Notes: generated by a model not told the origin, from the sequence alone. A stretch of DNA of 64,000 nucleotides from Amphiscolops sp. MND2022 (GCA_964187785.1 OZ076409.1:38876001-38940000); one strand, 5' to 3'; positions 11,856 through 25,474 are shown, numbered from the stretch's first letter. Made by a program: numbers and translations.

Positions 11856-12784
11856 TTGAAGAATTAATTGCTCGGGAAAGAATATATTGAGCTTTTATCA
11901 GTTAACTAAACTTGAACTGAAAGAAAGTGAAATGAACAGAGTAATAGCAAAGATTGGTCAATGAGCAACAATTTGTGTTTTGTGGTTTGTAACGTCGTGT
12001 TCAAAAGTTGTGTCCTTTGAACAATGAGGATCAGCTAGTTATACTAAATGGTGCATGACAAACATAATTTCAGTGGTCATGTTTCTAAAAATAGCAACTA
12101 AACTGGGTCAAAGTAACCCTAGGACCTGACGTCAACATTGCATCACTATTGGATCATGTCTAAAAATAACATCGTTTGGGTTATGGGTCTATAAATAGGA
12201 GAATGAGATAGGTACTGACAGGCGGTCTGCCTTTCAAGTCACGTTGCGCGTAGCTTGAAAGGTTAACGCTTGTTTGCACATTACGGTAATGTAAATATTA
12301 CATCATTGCGGACCAGTGGTCCTTTCGTCTAAATCTCGTTAGCAACTACAGCACTGCGGACTGGTAGTCCGTTTGACTAAATACTACATATTGAACAGGC
12401 AGACTAAGTGAATGATGAATACTAGCACGTGATTGGATAATAATCAAAATGGACTGCATGTCGAACTGACCAAAGTGAATTTCACTTTGAACGCGTTTCC
12501 TTTTTTGCATACAGCTTAATTACAGTTCCTGCTTCAATTATCAATCTAATAAACATCGATCATCCTTTTCTGGTTTACATTAACACTAGTATATGTTACA
12601 CGTTTAATAACAGTAAACTAAAATAATTTACATACTAAACATACTAATTCAAGTCTAAAAGTTTAAGACAAAGGGACCAATGGTCCAACTAATCACAGTG
12701 GTAGGACTCCGGGTATGTAAGACAAGTGACTGTCGTTAGGGGCCACTTGGTACTTGTTGCCGTCGCAGGCGGCAGCCTAGGACA
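10946..12784 (-). mobile_element. Solo LTR (1839 bp) of a Gypsy family related to the 48359 element
   Basis: Minus strand starts TGTCCTAGGCTGCCGCCTGCGACGG (cf. TGTCGCAGGCTGCCGCCTGTGACGG at 48359) and ends TTGCGACA; TTACA TSD at 10941-10945 and 12785-12789. Confidence 0.9.
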
Positions 12785-12882
12785 TTACAATTAGTACAAA
12801 ATTTGCACATTTTTTCAAAACCAATTTCAATCAATTTCAAATTTAAATTGTGTAACATTACTTAGATGGGCCGTAAGCCGGA

Positions 12883-13243
12883 TCCCAGGCCACAGACCAA
12901 GATTGCGACATGTAACAAAAGTTTTCACAGCAAAGATTTATCAATTCTGAGGAGGAATAGTCAATTTGCGATGAACTTAGTAGAGACCTCTACTAAGTTC
13001 ATCGCAAATTGACTATTCCTCCTCAGAATTGATAAATCTTCGCTGTAATCCTTTTGTTACATTTAGTACAAAATTTGCACATTTTTTAAACCCAATTTCT
13101 TTGAATTTTAAATTTAATTTGTGTAACATTACTTCAGATGGGCCGTAAGCCGGATTTCTGGACGAAATATTGATGGCCATCCGTTGTAGTATCAAACTGC
13201 GAAGAAACCATTTTACAACTCCACCTTCAATATGACTTTCAGA
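12883..13243. repeat. Inverted duplicate of 10613-10973, including the palindrome and the LTR tip
   Basis: Reverse-complement match with scattered substitutions; loop AC versus GT. Confidence 0.85.
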
Positions 13244-15090
13244 CCCAGGTTGAAGGACATATTCGGAAATGATTAATCATACCATGTCATAGTATGGTCA
13301 TGATGGAAAATGATGGTCATACTATGATCATAGTATGGTCATATTATGAATAGCATGTCGGTGACTATGATCATAGTATGATTGAACATGTTCGAAATTT
13401 TCCAAAAATTCGATTATCATCTAGCGGTTATTATAGGAAATCGGCGCGCATCCATGAATCATTTTATCAATGTTCTGTTTGAAACTGTTGTTTCTGTTCC
13501 GTTATATGGGTTACCTTAATGGCCCGGGTACCATTAAGGACGCTTTTCAGCACCGCGTTTTCTGAAACCGCTGAGATAGGTAAGATTTTCAGGATTTTTT
13601 GGGCGTATTTTGGGTAATTTTTCAATTCAAGAAGTACATATGGTCCTTAGATGTTATTCCCGTTTTGCATTTAGACGTTATTCCCGTTTTGCATTTAGAC
13701 GTTATTTAGACGTTATTCCCGTTTTGCATTTAGACGTTATTCTTTTGTTCCGGAATAACGTCTAAAGCCAAGTCATGCTCTTTTCCAATCCTAATACATT
13801 AAACTTTACACGTTATTCCTGAAACATTTTTTAGAGGTTTTTCCGAAACATTCTTAGACGTTATTTCGAAACATTTTCAGACGGTATTCGCGCCCATACT
13901 AAAATTCAAGGGTCTCTATAGGGAATGGGCATGACTTGGCTTCAGACGTTACTCCCGTTTTGCATTTAGACGTTGTTCCTTAGATGTTATTCACGCTCTC
14001 CGGAATAACGTCTAGAGCCAAGTCATGCTCATTTCCAATCCTAATACATTTAACTTTAGATGCTATTTTCCGAAACATTTTTAGACGTTATTCCAAAACA
14101 TTTTTAGACAATATTCCGAAACATCTTTAGACGTTATTCGCGCCCATACTAAAATTCAAGGTCTCTATATAAGGAATGGGCATGACTTGGCTTTAGACGT
14201 TATTGGCGTTTTGCATTTAGACGATATTCCTGTTTTGCATTTAACGTTATTCCACTTTTTAGACGTTATTCCCGAGTTTTTTGACGTTATTCCTCTTCTT
14301 TTCAGTTTAGAAGTCTTCTCCCCTCAACATGATGATACACATGGCACTTGATTCATGACGAAGATCCAAGATATCTGAAAGCGGGAAAAAGTTTAGACGT
14401 TATTCCTTAGACGTTATTTCCTTCCTAGATGTTATTCCCGCTCTCTAAAGCCGAGTCATGCTCATTTCCAATCGTACTACATTGAACTTTAGACGTTATT
14501 CCCGGAACATTTTCAGTCGTTATTTGCGCCCATACTAAAACATAAGGTCTTTATATAGAGAATGGGCATGACTTGGCTTTCGACGTTATTCCCGTTTTGC
14601 ATCATCGTTGTTGCGGATATTTCCAGTAATTGTTTAACCCAAAAACTAGACATTATGCTCTTTTCATATTCATAATTCATCGATTCTAGTGTATCTAAAT
14701 ACAGATCTGAATTGTTTTCATTGATTTCAAGCAGTTTCGAGACCCGAAGGAGGCAATGTTCTCGTCGTGGGTCTCCTCAAGTGTGATAATATGTATCTCA
14801 CGAGCTGAGAGCCTCCCTAAAAATACAGCATAAGGACTTCGGCAAGCAATTTCTGTGAACTATGTGCACAGGTAGCTGCCATGTCCGACATTCTTACTAC
14901 ATTTTTTTCTCTTGAAACATGGTTTCCATACTATGTTCATGATATGAAACATGATAGTCATAGTTTGATCATACTATGAAACATTGTCGCCATGGTGAGA
15001 TCTTGATAAGATCATGATCATGGAATGACCATGATCATAGTATGATCATACTATGATCATAGCATGATGAGTATGTTTGGTCAAACTGGG
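13244..15090. mobile_element. Non-autonomous TIR element (CMC/EnSpm-like) with internal TTTAGACGTTATTCC minisatellite
   Basis: CCCAGGTTGA... / ...TCAAACTGGG imperfect TIRs, GA on both flanks (2-bp TSD), subterminal ACTATGATCATAG repeats at both ends. Confidence 0.55.
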
Positions 15091-15603
15091 GATGCTGGAC
15101 GTTTGAAGTGGATAAATTTTCGCAGATCAGCTTCATTCTTTTGAAAAGCTAACGGGAATTCATGTCCAGTTCATATCAAGTCAAGAAAGCAACAATTCAA
15201 GACAGTTCAGCAGAAACGTTGTAATTACCCCAATTATACTTCACAACCATTTTATAATTGAGTAATTTGTAACAATTGTAATAAAAATTTGTAATTTGAA
15301 ATAAGAACGTCAAAAGATCTTTTTATGTTTTTTACAGATTCACAGACGCTCCAACCCAAGTTCATTTCCTCGAACATCAATTCACGAAAAAATTAAGAAT
15401 GAAAAGGTTTCTCCCTGACATGCCAGCATGATGGAAATATAGAACTAAAATTCAAACATATATGATATTCAGTAAAGTCAGATACTTATCTCACATATAC
15501 ATATATAAGGAGCAACAAAATAAGGCCTATGAATGTAGACAACCCTACAAAATTTATCTAACCCCTTCCCCGAGCAGGGAGATATGTTTTAGATATAAAG
15601 TTG

Positions 15604-16195
15604 TTTTTAGTCGGCGTTTTCGAAGGAAAAGCACTCTTACAGTGGCTAGTTTTTTTTCGTCAGTTCAACGCGATCGGCCCGCTTTTTTGTTCATTGTTTC
15701 AACTTCTTAGCCGAGATGTTAACTTTGATTTTAGTCCGGATATAACGTTTCAAAGAGGGATGTAACTTTTCAAGTTCGGATGTAAAGTCTACAAAGTTCG
15801 AATATAACGACTTCGAAGTTCGGATATAACGTCTTCAAAGTTCGGATGTATCGTTCTCAAAGCTCGGATGTAACGTTTCAAATTTCGGATGTTACGTTTT
15901 CAAAGTTTAGGATGTAACGTTTTCAAAGTTCATATGTTGAAAAATCACAAACATTTAATTTTTTTGGCATTGTGAGACTTTTTTTCGAAAAAAGTTTAAT
16001 GTTTTCAAAGGGTTCCACTTCAATTTTTTGATATTTAGTAACTGAATGGATGTTAAAAAACCGAAAGGATGCGCCAATTCGGTCGATTTTTTGGCTTTTT
16101 CGGGTACTGTAGAAAAGATTACTTGACACTTTGAAGCCCTTTTGCTATTATTGAGCCTTAGATATGGCGCCGACTTGGGCCGTTCCCGATTTGTT
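15604..16195 (-). mobile_element. Helentron/DINE-like non-autonomous repeat containing a ~21-bp minisatellite (15715-15930)
   Basis: Subterminal AGTCGGCG / GGCGCCGACT inverted pair; family terminus CGTTCCCG.TTTGTT; repeats of TTCAAAGTTCGGATGTAACG. Confidence 0.6.
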
Positions 16196-18179
16196 ATAAA
16201 ATAAAGTTCCTAACAGAAAAAGAAGTTGCGCGTCATATCAGTAAAGAACAATTCTTTTACGAGCCCAGATGGAAAAAACCCTCATTTGCACCATGATTTC
16301 ATCACCGTTAACAGTTCATTGTAATACCATTTTACATTGAGATGATTCATGCAAACAACTTAGTGCTATAGTTTAAATATTTTAAATGTATTTAAAATAT
16401 ACTCTAACTAACATGCGTTTAGTATAGCGCCATCTTGGTGTGAAACCTGTTAACAATTGTCATCACGTCACTAGTAATTAACAACGCCTTACCCCCACCA
16501 ACGGTAAGAAGAGAAAGACGAGAATTGCGTCTTCTCAACTAGCATGTTCACCAAAAAGAAAAAGCGGTGCAAGTTGATTGAACAAGAGAACGCATTGATC
16601 AATCTATCTGAGCTACCTATGAGTTTACCATAATCATTACTCTCACCAGTATAAAAACGACACGTTTACTGTTTCAACATCTACCAAGCACCCAGTTTTC
16701 TACACCAGCAGTTGTGGTTCACACAATTTTTTTTTCACTGTACTTCTAAAGTAAACTAAAATAACCCAAATAGGTCAACTAGTAATAAATGTAATTACCT
16801 GTTCAGCTATACCGACATTTTGTTGCAAGATTGAATCTACTTCAATTTAGAAAAGCAAAGCCCAAATAAGAGAAATCTACCTTGAGTCTCGAAACCTTCT
16901 CAAAGTGAAACGAATGTTCACATTGCATATTTGCAACTTGAGATGAGAGAAAGCAACGCATTGTTGGCCACTTTGACATAACGGAATTGCTCTCGATTAG
17001 AGGAAGAGAACGTTCTAGAAACTGTCTCTTGGCGGTATAGACAGAGTACTGACATGAACATATATGGCAAATACCAAGAGAGAAATCTATTCATCCTTAA
17101 TTTTTTTGTAAATTGATGTGATTTGATTGTATATTTATATATAGCTGTCGTGGGCGGGGGATATTGCAGTTAGAATAAGAAACAAGGTTCAAATACCATA
17201 ATATCGACATCGTTTGTGTTGAAATTTTGGTCCAATAGAATAATTGATGTGGACGTAATTCTATTTTTTACATTGACAGTTAAAAGTTGCACATAAGATT
17301 TTATGGCGAACGAATATATAATCACAAAGATCCGAGAAAACGATAGATTTCTATGGCAACCACTCGAGTTTTCATATCATCTTTCCCTTGATGAGTTTTT
17401 TGGTTGTTTTTTGATATTAGATTCAATTTTCGAATGAGATATGAGTTGTTGCTTTAGTTGAAGAAATGCATTCACAAGACATCCAAAAAAGTACATAAAA
17501 TAGCTGTTCTTCAGCTCATTGAATTATGACCCTGGGAACCAATGATTAGATGGATAGGGAAACTAGTTATTGTCTAAGAAGGCGCTCTTAAGAAACAAAG
17601 AGTTTTGGCAAAACATTTCAAAGAGATCTTTTTTGTCGACGATGTAAAGGTGAATGATACGTTTTGTAATACGTTTAAGATCATTTTTTGAGACTGTCAA
17701 TCTCCTTGGGTGGCAAATCCAGTGTTTTGAGCCAGTTGAAGAGCACTATTTGTGCGTTTTTCAAAGATTTGTTTCCTTTTCGTTCTTTTATACAAGGAAG
17801 GAAGTAATTTCTTGATTTTTTTCAAAAATATGAGTTCCAAAGCAAACAATATTGGGAGCATAGACTTGACACATGAAAATCCTGGAAGTTTTGGAATTGT
17901 CTAATTAGGACGATTGTGGGATTGTCGAACGCCCACCTCTTGACATGTAGAAAATTATACATATATCTTCATGATTCCGAGCGACATTTATGTAGGCAAC
18001 TGGAACAATTGCGGGACTGTTGAGATATTTTCTTATGATGAAAGTCAACACATGTTGTCTAGTTATTGAAAAAACTGAAGCAAAAATTGGTTGCATACGC
18101 AAGCATACTAAGTAAAATGGCATTATTTCAACGCCAGCGTTTATTTTATCAATAAAAATTGTTTTGTCACAAACTAATA

Positions 18180-18540
18180 GTCGAATTTTACTGTACAGAA
18201 CTTCAAATTCAACTTTCATTTTATCAACAAGAAAATGATTTTGTCGCAAACTAAGAAACGAATTTTACTGTAGCGAAATTCAACTTCAGCATTTATTTTA
18301 TCAACAAGAAAATGATTTTGTTACTTAGTAGGATCGAATTCTGCTGTTGAAAATTTCAACTTCAGCATTTATTTTATCAACAAGAAAATGGTTTTGTTAC
18401 TAAGTAGGAGCTGAATTTGGCTATTGAAAAATTCAACTTTAGCATTTATTTTATCAACAAGAAAATGGTTTTGTTACTGAGTAGGAGCTGAATTTGGCTG
18501 TTGAAAATTTCAACTCCAGCATTGAATTTATCAGCCAGAA
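18180..18540. repeat. ~77-bp tandem repeat, about 4.5 copies
   Basis: CAACTT(C/T)AGCATTTATTTTATCAACAAGAAAATG recurs at 18281, 18357, 18434, more degenerate at 18511 and 18210. Confidence 0.85.
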
Positions 18541-19587
18541 AATCTCACTAAACAGAGGTCAATTTTTACTGTAGAGAGAAAACGCTAAATGATCTAAATT
18601 GAATGTTGCGAGTCAATATTTCAATATGACTTTGATGTTTACCATATACGAGAAGATCGGTGACTCTGTGATTTTTTCGTATACTGTTACAACCGTTTTA
18701 AGAGGACGCCATCAAGCTAATATGTACCATAGTCAAAAATGCTGAACTTTTTACATGCTGCCAACCGTGCAGGGTAATTTTTCAGTGAGCTTTTGAAGGT
18801 AAATATTGTCGAATTTTCCTGCAGTTTCCACACTTGAAATAGAAATCAATTTTTATTCTCTTAGTTACCGACATTACCGACACGACCAAGTTGTTTTCAC
18901 GCGTTGATTTCTCAACTACTCATCTAATGCAATCGCCGCTTCTCAAATAGCACGCAGAACATTACTGTTGTTTAAATTGTGAATGAAGTCAATTCGCATC
19001 AAAATGGGGATAACCTTAAGGTTATCAATTGATAACATTTTGGATGCATCAAAAAATGGAACTGCTTCTCAAGGAAACCTTTAAAATAGCCGCCAAATTT
19101 AAGATGTTTTTTCAAGCAGCTTGATGAAAGTCGATTGGAACAGAGAAATATTTTTGCATGAACGTTTCCGTGTGTTTTAGAAAATCATAAGGATTCATAA
19201 TTTATTAGATAAACGTTGGTGGCAACGTTAATGAATATGCAAAAATCCAAGGAAATTCAACAAGGGTGGCACTTTGTAAGCATAAATATTTGAAAGAAAA
19301 CGTCGAAAGAAAAATTTTTTTATATCTTTCTCTGAAGACCTGAATGCCCTTTTTAAAATGTTCGATGCAAAGTAACTCACCGCACTTTAGACTTACAGAT
19401 AGACAGATTTTGAATTCTTCTCATCAGGGAGATACTTGCAGATTCCTTGGGCTCTGTTTCGTTTAAATTTCAAATGGCTAATTCTAACTGGGTCAACTTT
19501 TTACCCGGATCTCACAGATTCAAAAGCACAGACAAACCTTGATTACGCTTTTTGGATCTGTACTTGTTTTGTACCACAGGGACGTTG

Positions 19588-20185
19588 TTTTTAGTCGGCG
19601 CATTTTATCAAAATGAGCCCGACTATTACAGTGGCAAGTTTTTTTGCTTTTTTGTCAGACAACAGAACGTATGCGTAATGGACACTTTTTACAGAACTAC
19701 TAAACTACTGGACCGGCAAGCGGAAACGCATCTAAGTTAGTGCACAGGGTCCCCCATTTCGTGTACTCAGTTTTTAACGAAAGATACACAACCGGACGGG
19801 ACTACAGGGTCCCCCCTTTGAATTTTTTTCGGCACTGTGCGACTTTTTTTCGAATTTTTTTGTCGCCAAAGGGCCGCCTTCAAGTTTTTTGATATTTTAC
19901 AGCAAACTGAAGTTTCAAAAAGCTCAAAGGGTCTCCCCTTTCTACTTTTTCGGCACTATGAGACTGTTTCAAAATTCTAATTTTTCGTTTTTTACCGAAA
20001 GTTTTTTTCAATTTTTTTTTGAAATTTTTAAATGACTCTAAGGGTCCCGCCTTCGATTTTTTTTGATATTTTTCAACAAACTGGAATTTCAAAAAGTCGA
20101 AAGGGTCCCCCTTTCACAATTTTGATAACTTTGCGCCTTTTGAGCCTTTCTGATAGCGCCGACTTTAGACGTTCCCGTCTTGTTT
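19588..20185 (-). mobile_element. Helentron/DINE-like non-autonomous repeat
   Basis: Hairpin AGTCGGCGCATTTT-ATC-AAAATGAGCCCGACT at one end; GCGCCGACT...GTTCCCGTCTTGTTT at the other. Confidence 0.65.
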
Positions 20186-20367
20186 AATATCAAAATCACT
20201 TAACATTGTTCGTTTTCTAATATAATGACACTTTAGTAGTTGGGCTTCTTCTCAGGTCCTTTCGAAACCAAAATTAACAAAACAAGGGAATTGTAGATGC
20301 TATTGCTGCGTCTTTAACTACCCAAAACAAAGTATCAGGAAATTATTGCATATTCTCACAAACTCCC

Positions 20368-21248
20368 TGTCGGTACGCACTTGGAATCTAGATGAGGTCG
20401 CATGTTGAGCGTTCCCTTCCTCTATATGAGGGATTGCCCGCTGTGTAAGAGTACCTAGTAAGGTTTTAATCTAGCTTTGCAACTGGGTAATCTGCTGGTT
20501 CATTTGTCTGAGACGAAATGTTAGAACCTTTTTCGATACTCTGAGGAAGATTAGAGTCTTGCGCAGAATTGGCGACTGTACTCTGGCCGTTTCCCATATT
20601 TCGGTGAGTTTTGGATGAGGTTGAATTTAAGTCAGAGTTTCGGACGATTTTACCACTACGAAGCCTTCGAGCTGAAATCTCAAGCAAATGATGAAAAGTA
20701 GATGGATTGTTGATCTCAATAAGTTGAATTGAAAGATTTTTTGGAAAATCGTGAAGTGTAAAGCGTATAAGTCAGTAGCTATCCAGTAGAGAACAAATCT
20801 GATTATTGATCGTTGCTGGTGTTGCGTAATTGCGTCACCTTCAGGCATGTCACTGCAGTTAAAAAGACGCCTCTAACAATATTCTGAATTCGCCAATACA
20901 TGATATGGTGAAGTGCTAATTATCACTTCATCAAATTTCATCAATTTCTACCGCAAGGTGGCGTATCACTTCATGTATACAAATTGATGAATGTATAATT
21001 TCCATACTGCTTTGAACTTCAAAATGGCGAATATCTGATATGGACTGCAAGCATTTGATGATTTATGATGAGTAAATAAATCAGACACAGGTTTTGGATG
21101 AAAAAGTATATGAAAATTCGGTCTTAGAGGCATTGACGTCTTTGAGGCAAGTCGTGATTTGTAAGTGAAACACGTTTGAACACAGAGACTTCGTCCAGTA
21201 GCACCGTTGAGTTAAACGACGCTTGATCAGGGGCTCAGAGTAGTACAA
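20368..21248 (-). mobile_element. Probable Gypsy LTR with gag-like 5' ORF (20466-20687), far end not seen before the assembly gap
   Basis: Minus strand ends GAAGGGAAC...GTGCGTACCGACA, like GAAGGGAAC...GTGCACGTTCCGACA of the 47031 solo LTR; ORF has RRLRSGK basic N-terminus. Confidence 0.5.
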
Positions 21249-21448
21249 NNNNNNNNNNNNNNNNNNNNNNNNNNNNNNNNNNNNNNNNNNNNNNNNNNNN
21301 NNNNNNNNNNNNNNNNNNNNNNNNNNNNNNNNNNNNNNNNNNNNNNNNNNNNNNNNNNNNNNNNNNNNNNNNNNNNNNNNNNNNNNNNNNNNNNNNNNNN
21401 NNNNNNNNNNNNNNNNNNNNNNNNNNNNNNNNNNNNNNNNNNNNNNNN
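21249..21448. other. Assembly gap (200 N)
   Basis: Run of N. Confidence 1.
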
Positions 21449-21766
21449 GGTCATAGGGTAAAATCACATAATAATTTGTATATCAAAACTTGGTTTTCAT
21501 GGAGTCCGACCTAAGTCAACTTGGGCGTCAATTGCTCGGAACCAAGGGAAGACGCAAGGTCGAGCGGTTCGAGTGGAAAATTGAGTTAGCACCCCTAGTA
21601 TATACATGCTATGTTTCAGGCTGATTGAACAAATGTTTCTGCAAAACAGGGGGAGGGGCCTGTAATTTTCCAACTAAATCCTTGACAAAGTGTCTTTGTG
21701 TTTTGAGTGATACGTTTCATCAGTCATCTTCAAATCTGAGTTTCTGAGCTTGCAATCGACTGGCGC

Positions 21767-22313
21767 CTACCTTGGCGCCTCCCGAAAAACACTTTCAAAG
21801 AACTTGGGTGCCAGTTTCATCACTGGTATTTTGAGTTTATAATCAATTGTCGTTGTCTTTCTGAGAACTTCTGCTTCGTAGTCATGTTTGCCGGTTGCTT
21901 GCTTTGTTCTTACTCTACTGCAATACTTCTCCAGTCCATAATACGGTTCGTTGACCACAAGGTTGTTTTCCAAATATTCACAAAACTCAGCAAAGTAGTT
22001 CCATAGAACTGTTTTTTCCTTTGAAGTCATAGTTTTTTCTAAGTATCCCAAACTTCATCAACAACTTCCAACATTGATTGAATTCAATCAATTGCTTTTC
22101 TTTTGAACATTCAAAAAACACATTACGAAAATGCTTCAGCTCATTTAACTCAGCATCCATAACTACTTCAAAATCCAAAAAGTAGATTTCCAGCTGAGTC
22201 GAAAAGGTCTCCAGCCAGCCTGCCAAGATTTCCTCTGCTACACAGTTCCTCATCAAAGTTGACTGTCCGCGGGAAAGATATGTCAAAAAGATTGCGTTCA
22301 ATAATCTTTCCAT
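21767..22313 (-). pseudogene. Frameshifted ORF of unknown function ending in a BEL integrase-like tail
   Basis: ORFs 21987-22313 and 21767-22051 join by one frameshift; AEVLRKTT...IPVMKLAP resembles AEVKTST...RPVVKLAP at the end of the 691 ORF. Confidence 0.45.
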
Positions 22314-22366
22314 AATCGAGCATTTAACTTGGCGTTAGTGAATAATCGTTGAATCATCTATCATCT

Positions 22367-22473
<107 letters not shown>

Positions 22474-23022
22474 GATCATCGGAGATCCATCGTAGTCCTA
22501 AAGTTTTCCCGGAGTGTACACTGAGTCTCCAAAACACCCAAAACCCTATGTACCAGAAATCTCACGGAAAATTTTATATGTTTTTTTTCGAACTCCCTAC
22601 ATTTGACACCGCCAATAAATTAAAAATTTCAACAGTATTCCACAAGCAAAAAAACAGGCGGTTCCCATCAAAGCTCAAAAAATGACATTTTGAAGATCCT
22701 AGACTACTTGTATAATTTTGGACTAATCGGAGACTCATTGTACAACAACACTTTCGACTAAAGTCGCGACTTTTCTTCAGCGTCCACTTCTAATTTTCTC
22801 CTCAAAGGAAGTGCTAGCACGTGCGAACGTGTATAGTTACTTTGAGTGAACTAATATTAGCAGGAGTGAAAATTTCGAGTCTTTTTCTATTTCAGAGACG
22901 CTGTGTACACTTATTTAATTATTGACAGGTGTCATTTTCTCTTACAGCTTCCTACTGATCAGTCGGTCTAAAACTTTGAACGAAAAATTGTTTTCTGGTT
23001 ATAATTGTTCCAATACATTACC

Positions 23023-23679
23023 ATGAGCGAAGAAGAGACATTACAACCAACAGTTATTGGTATTTTGGGGAATGAGACCTCGGAAATGATCGATCGACAA
23101 CTAGCTGAAATGTCAACTTTTGACCTGAATACCACCTCAGATCTCGGTCTACAACTCTCCCCCGCCGCTGATCTTCCGGCGGCAACTTCTACACAGGTTG
23201 AAGTTCCTCTAGAAGAAGAACCAACCCATGGGCAGGCCAATTTGACTTCCAAACGGCGAGAAAATTACAAAAAAACATCGAACGAAGCAGTACGTGACTG
23301 TACAACTTGCCGCAAAAAAGTCGCAAAAATAGGACAGCACCTTGACAAAGTTCATAGAAACCTTCTACCAGAGCACCGGAAGTTCTTGAAGTCGTTCTAT
23401 TCTACTAAAAACGCCCGCGGTCCAGTTTCGGAGTGTGTCAATTGCCCTTTGAGGATGACGAATCCCAGGAGACACAATAATGATTTCCCTCGACACATCA
23501 TCCTGAAGGTCAGAAACAAGAAGTCGGATAAAGTATTCCCACCCCAGATACGGGAGTTGTCAGAAAGAAATGATTTAAGGCCTAAATCTGCTGAATTGTT
23601 GGAGGAGTATTCCAAAAAAGGAGTTACTTGCCATCAGACATTGATAATCAGAGACGCTGTGTGCAGTATCGAAAATTAA
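23023..23679 (+). CDS. Acidic N-terminus plus C2H2-like zinc-finger protein, unit 1 (probably truncated by a premature stop)
   Basis: ATG MSEEE; CTTCRKKVAKIGQHLDKVH and CVNCPLRMTNPRRHNNDFPRH. Confidence 0.55.
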   Translation: MSEEETLQPTVIGILGNETSEMIDRQLAEMSTFDLNTTSDLGLQLSPAADLPAATSTQVEVPLEEEPTHGQANLTSKRRENYKKTSNEAVRDCTTCRKKVAKIGQHLDKVHRNLLPEHRKFLKSFYSTKNARGPVSECVNCPLRMTNPRRHNNDFPRHIILKVRNKKSDKVFPPQIRELSERNDLRPKSAELLEEYSKKGVTCHQTLIIRDAVCSIEN

Positions 23680-24867
23680 ACCGAGGACGACCATATGGAT
23701 ACCCCGTCATAATCAGACCCCAATGATGCACGAATACCTCAGCATGAACTAGAAGGTCTCAGCCCTTCATGTTCGAGGACAATTGAAGATGATGACGCAT
23801 ATATAACAGACCCTTTGAATACATCCCCGTCCGAGAATACACTTGAAACTTTGGATACAGCACCTCAAATAGGTGTTTGTGCTAACACAAACTCGAATTC
23901 TGGGTTGTCAGCTTGTAGCATTTTTCCCCCAGTTCCGTTAAATCTAGGACACGAATAATAACAGTTCCTGGAAGGTTTGTCAAAGCAGAAACTCGAGTGA
24001 ATCCTGTTTTGAAGAATTGCACTGAAGAATGCGAATGTTCAAGGGGCCACGAGAACCACTGCATGCAAGCATAATTCGTTTTTTTTTGGTCTCTTGAGCA
24101 AAGTAGATGGCAAATTGTCCAAATCAGAGATTAGGAACCTCATGCTGTTAATTAAAATGAATTTGAAGACCAAAAAGTTGTGCTCACCAAAGTGTACTGA
24201 CAATAAAATAACATTTGCTAGCATTTGGACCTTTAAACTATTAGTTCCGTCCAACCAAAACTTTATTCAAACTTTCATTTATTGTTACGGAATGGTTTTG
24301 CATTCATTCCAATGTTCAAGTCTTGGTATTTGTTGATTTAACTGAAGAAACATTCCCATGTTTCTCTTTTTTTGATGTAAACCCAGGATCTCTAATTTTC
24401 CTAGCTGGTACACAGCGTCTCGATTTTTTAAAATCAAAACCATAAACGAAAGGTATCTCGAAACTGACGTTGTACGTGGCGAATACGTTCCCTAGGCGAA
24501 CTTTAAATCCATGGTTGGACTGTTGATACAACCAACTTTTGCACCGTACTTGAAGTCTCCGATTTTCATTTTGCTGTACACAGAGTACTACATTTTCACA
24601 AATTTTGTACGCCGAGTCTCCATTTTTTACATTTTCAAGCTGATTACCCCGTTTTTTAAACGGCTCTCAAATTTCTCCTAAAACTCGTTGTAGCAACGTC
24701 AGATTCCGTCTGTGGGTCAAGAATTAAGTTGACTAGAATAGCCGAACATAAAAAACGATAATCTTTTGGTATTTTTTGTAACAAAACCAGGGAAAAGCAC
24801 CTGAAAATTGGGACCCTGTACATACATTCTCTAATGATCGAGGGCCGATACACAGCGTCTATAATGG

Positions 24868-24925
<58 letters not shown>

Positions 24926-25474
24926 GATCATCGGAGATCCATCGTAGTCCTAAAGTATCTCGGGAGTGTACACTGAGTCTCCAAAACACCCAAAACCCTA
25001 TGTACCAGAAATCTCACGGAAAATTTATTAGGTTTTTTTTCGAACTCCCTATTTTTTATCCCGCCAATAAATTACAAATTTTAATGGAATTCCACAAGCA
25101 AAAAAACAGGCGGTTCCCATCAAATCTCAAAAAATGCCATTTTGAAGATCCTAGACTACTTGTATAATTTTGGACTAATCGGAGACTCATTGTACAACAA
25201 CACTTTCGACTAAAGTCGCAACTTTTCTTCAGCGTCTACTTTTAATTTTCCCCTCAAAGGAAGTGCTAGCACGTGTGAACGTGTATAGTTACTTTGAGTC
25301 AAATAATATTAGCAGGTGTGAAAATTTCGAGTCTTTTTCTATTTCAGAGACGCTGTGTACACTTATTAAATTATTGACAGGTGTCATTTTCTCTTACAGC
25401 TTCCTACTGATTAGTCGGTTTAAAATTTTGAACGAAAAATTGTTTTCTGGTTATAGTTGTTCCAATACATTACC

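Larger units (their letters stand above)
10701..12883. repeat. Long palindromic (fold-back) element centred at 10869-10870, right arm split by a solo LTR
   Basis: Left arm 10701-10868 is the reverse complement of 10871-10945 plus 12790-12883; core ...GATGAACTTAGTAGAG-GT-CTCTACTAAGTTCATC... Confidence 0.8.

Noticed and set aside
16439..16723. Small solo LTR (TGTGAAACC...GGTTCACA with TATA-like box)
   Set aside because: No target-site duplication and no second copy in the window
19000..19480. Possible Harbinger-like transposase remnant (RWW..., HFRL)
   Set aside because: Only two short motifs in stop-riddled frames; insufficient evidence
21081..21467. ORFs spanning the N run
   Set aside because: Artefacts of the assembly gap
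24656..24931. Poly-Met ORFs on the minus strand in each tandem unit
   Set aside because: Translation of the (CAT)n microsatellite; lengths vary freely
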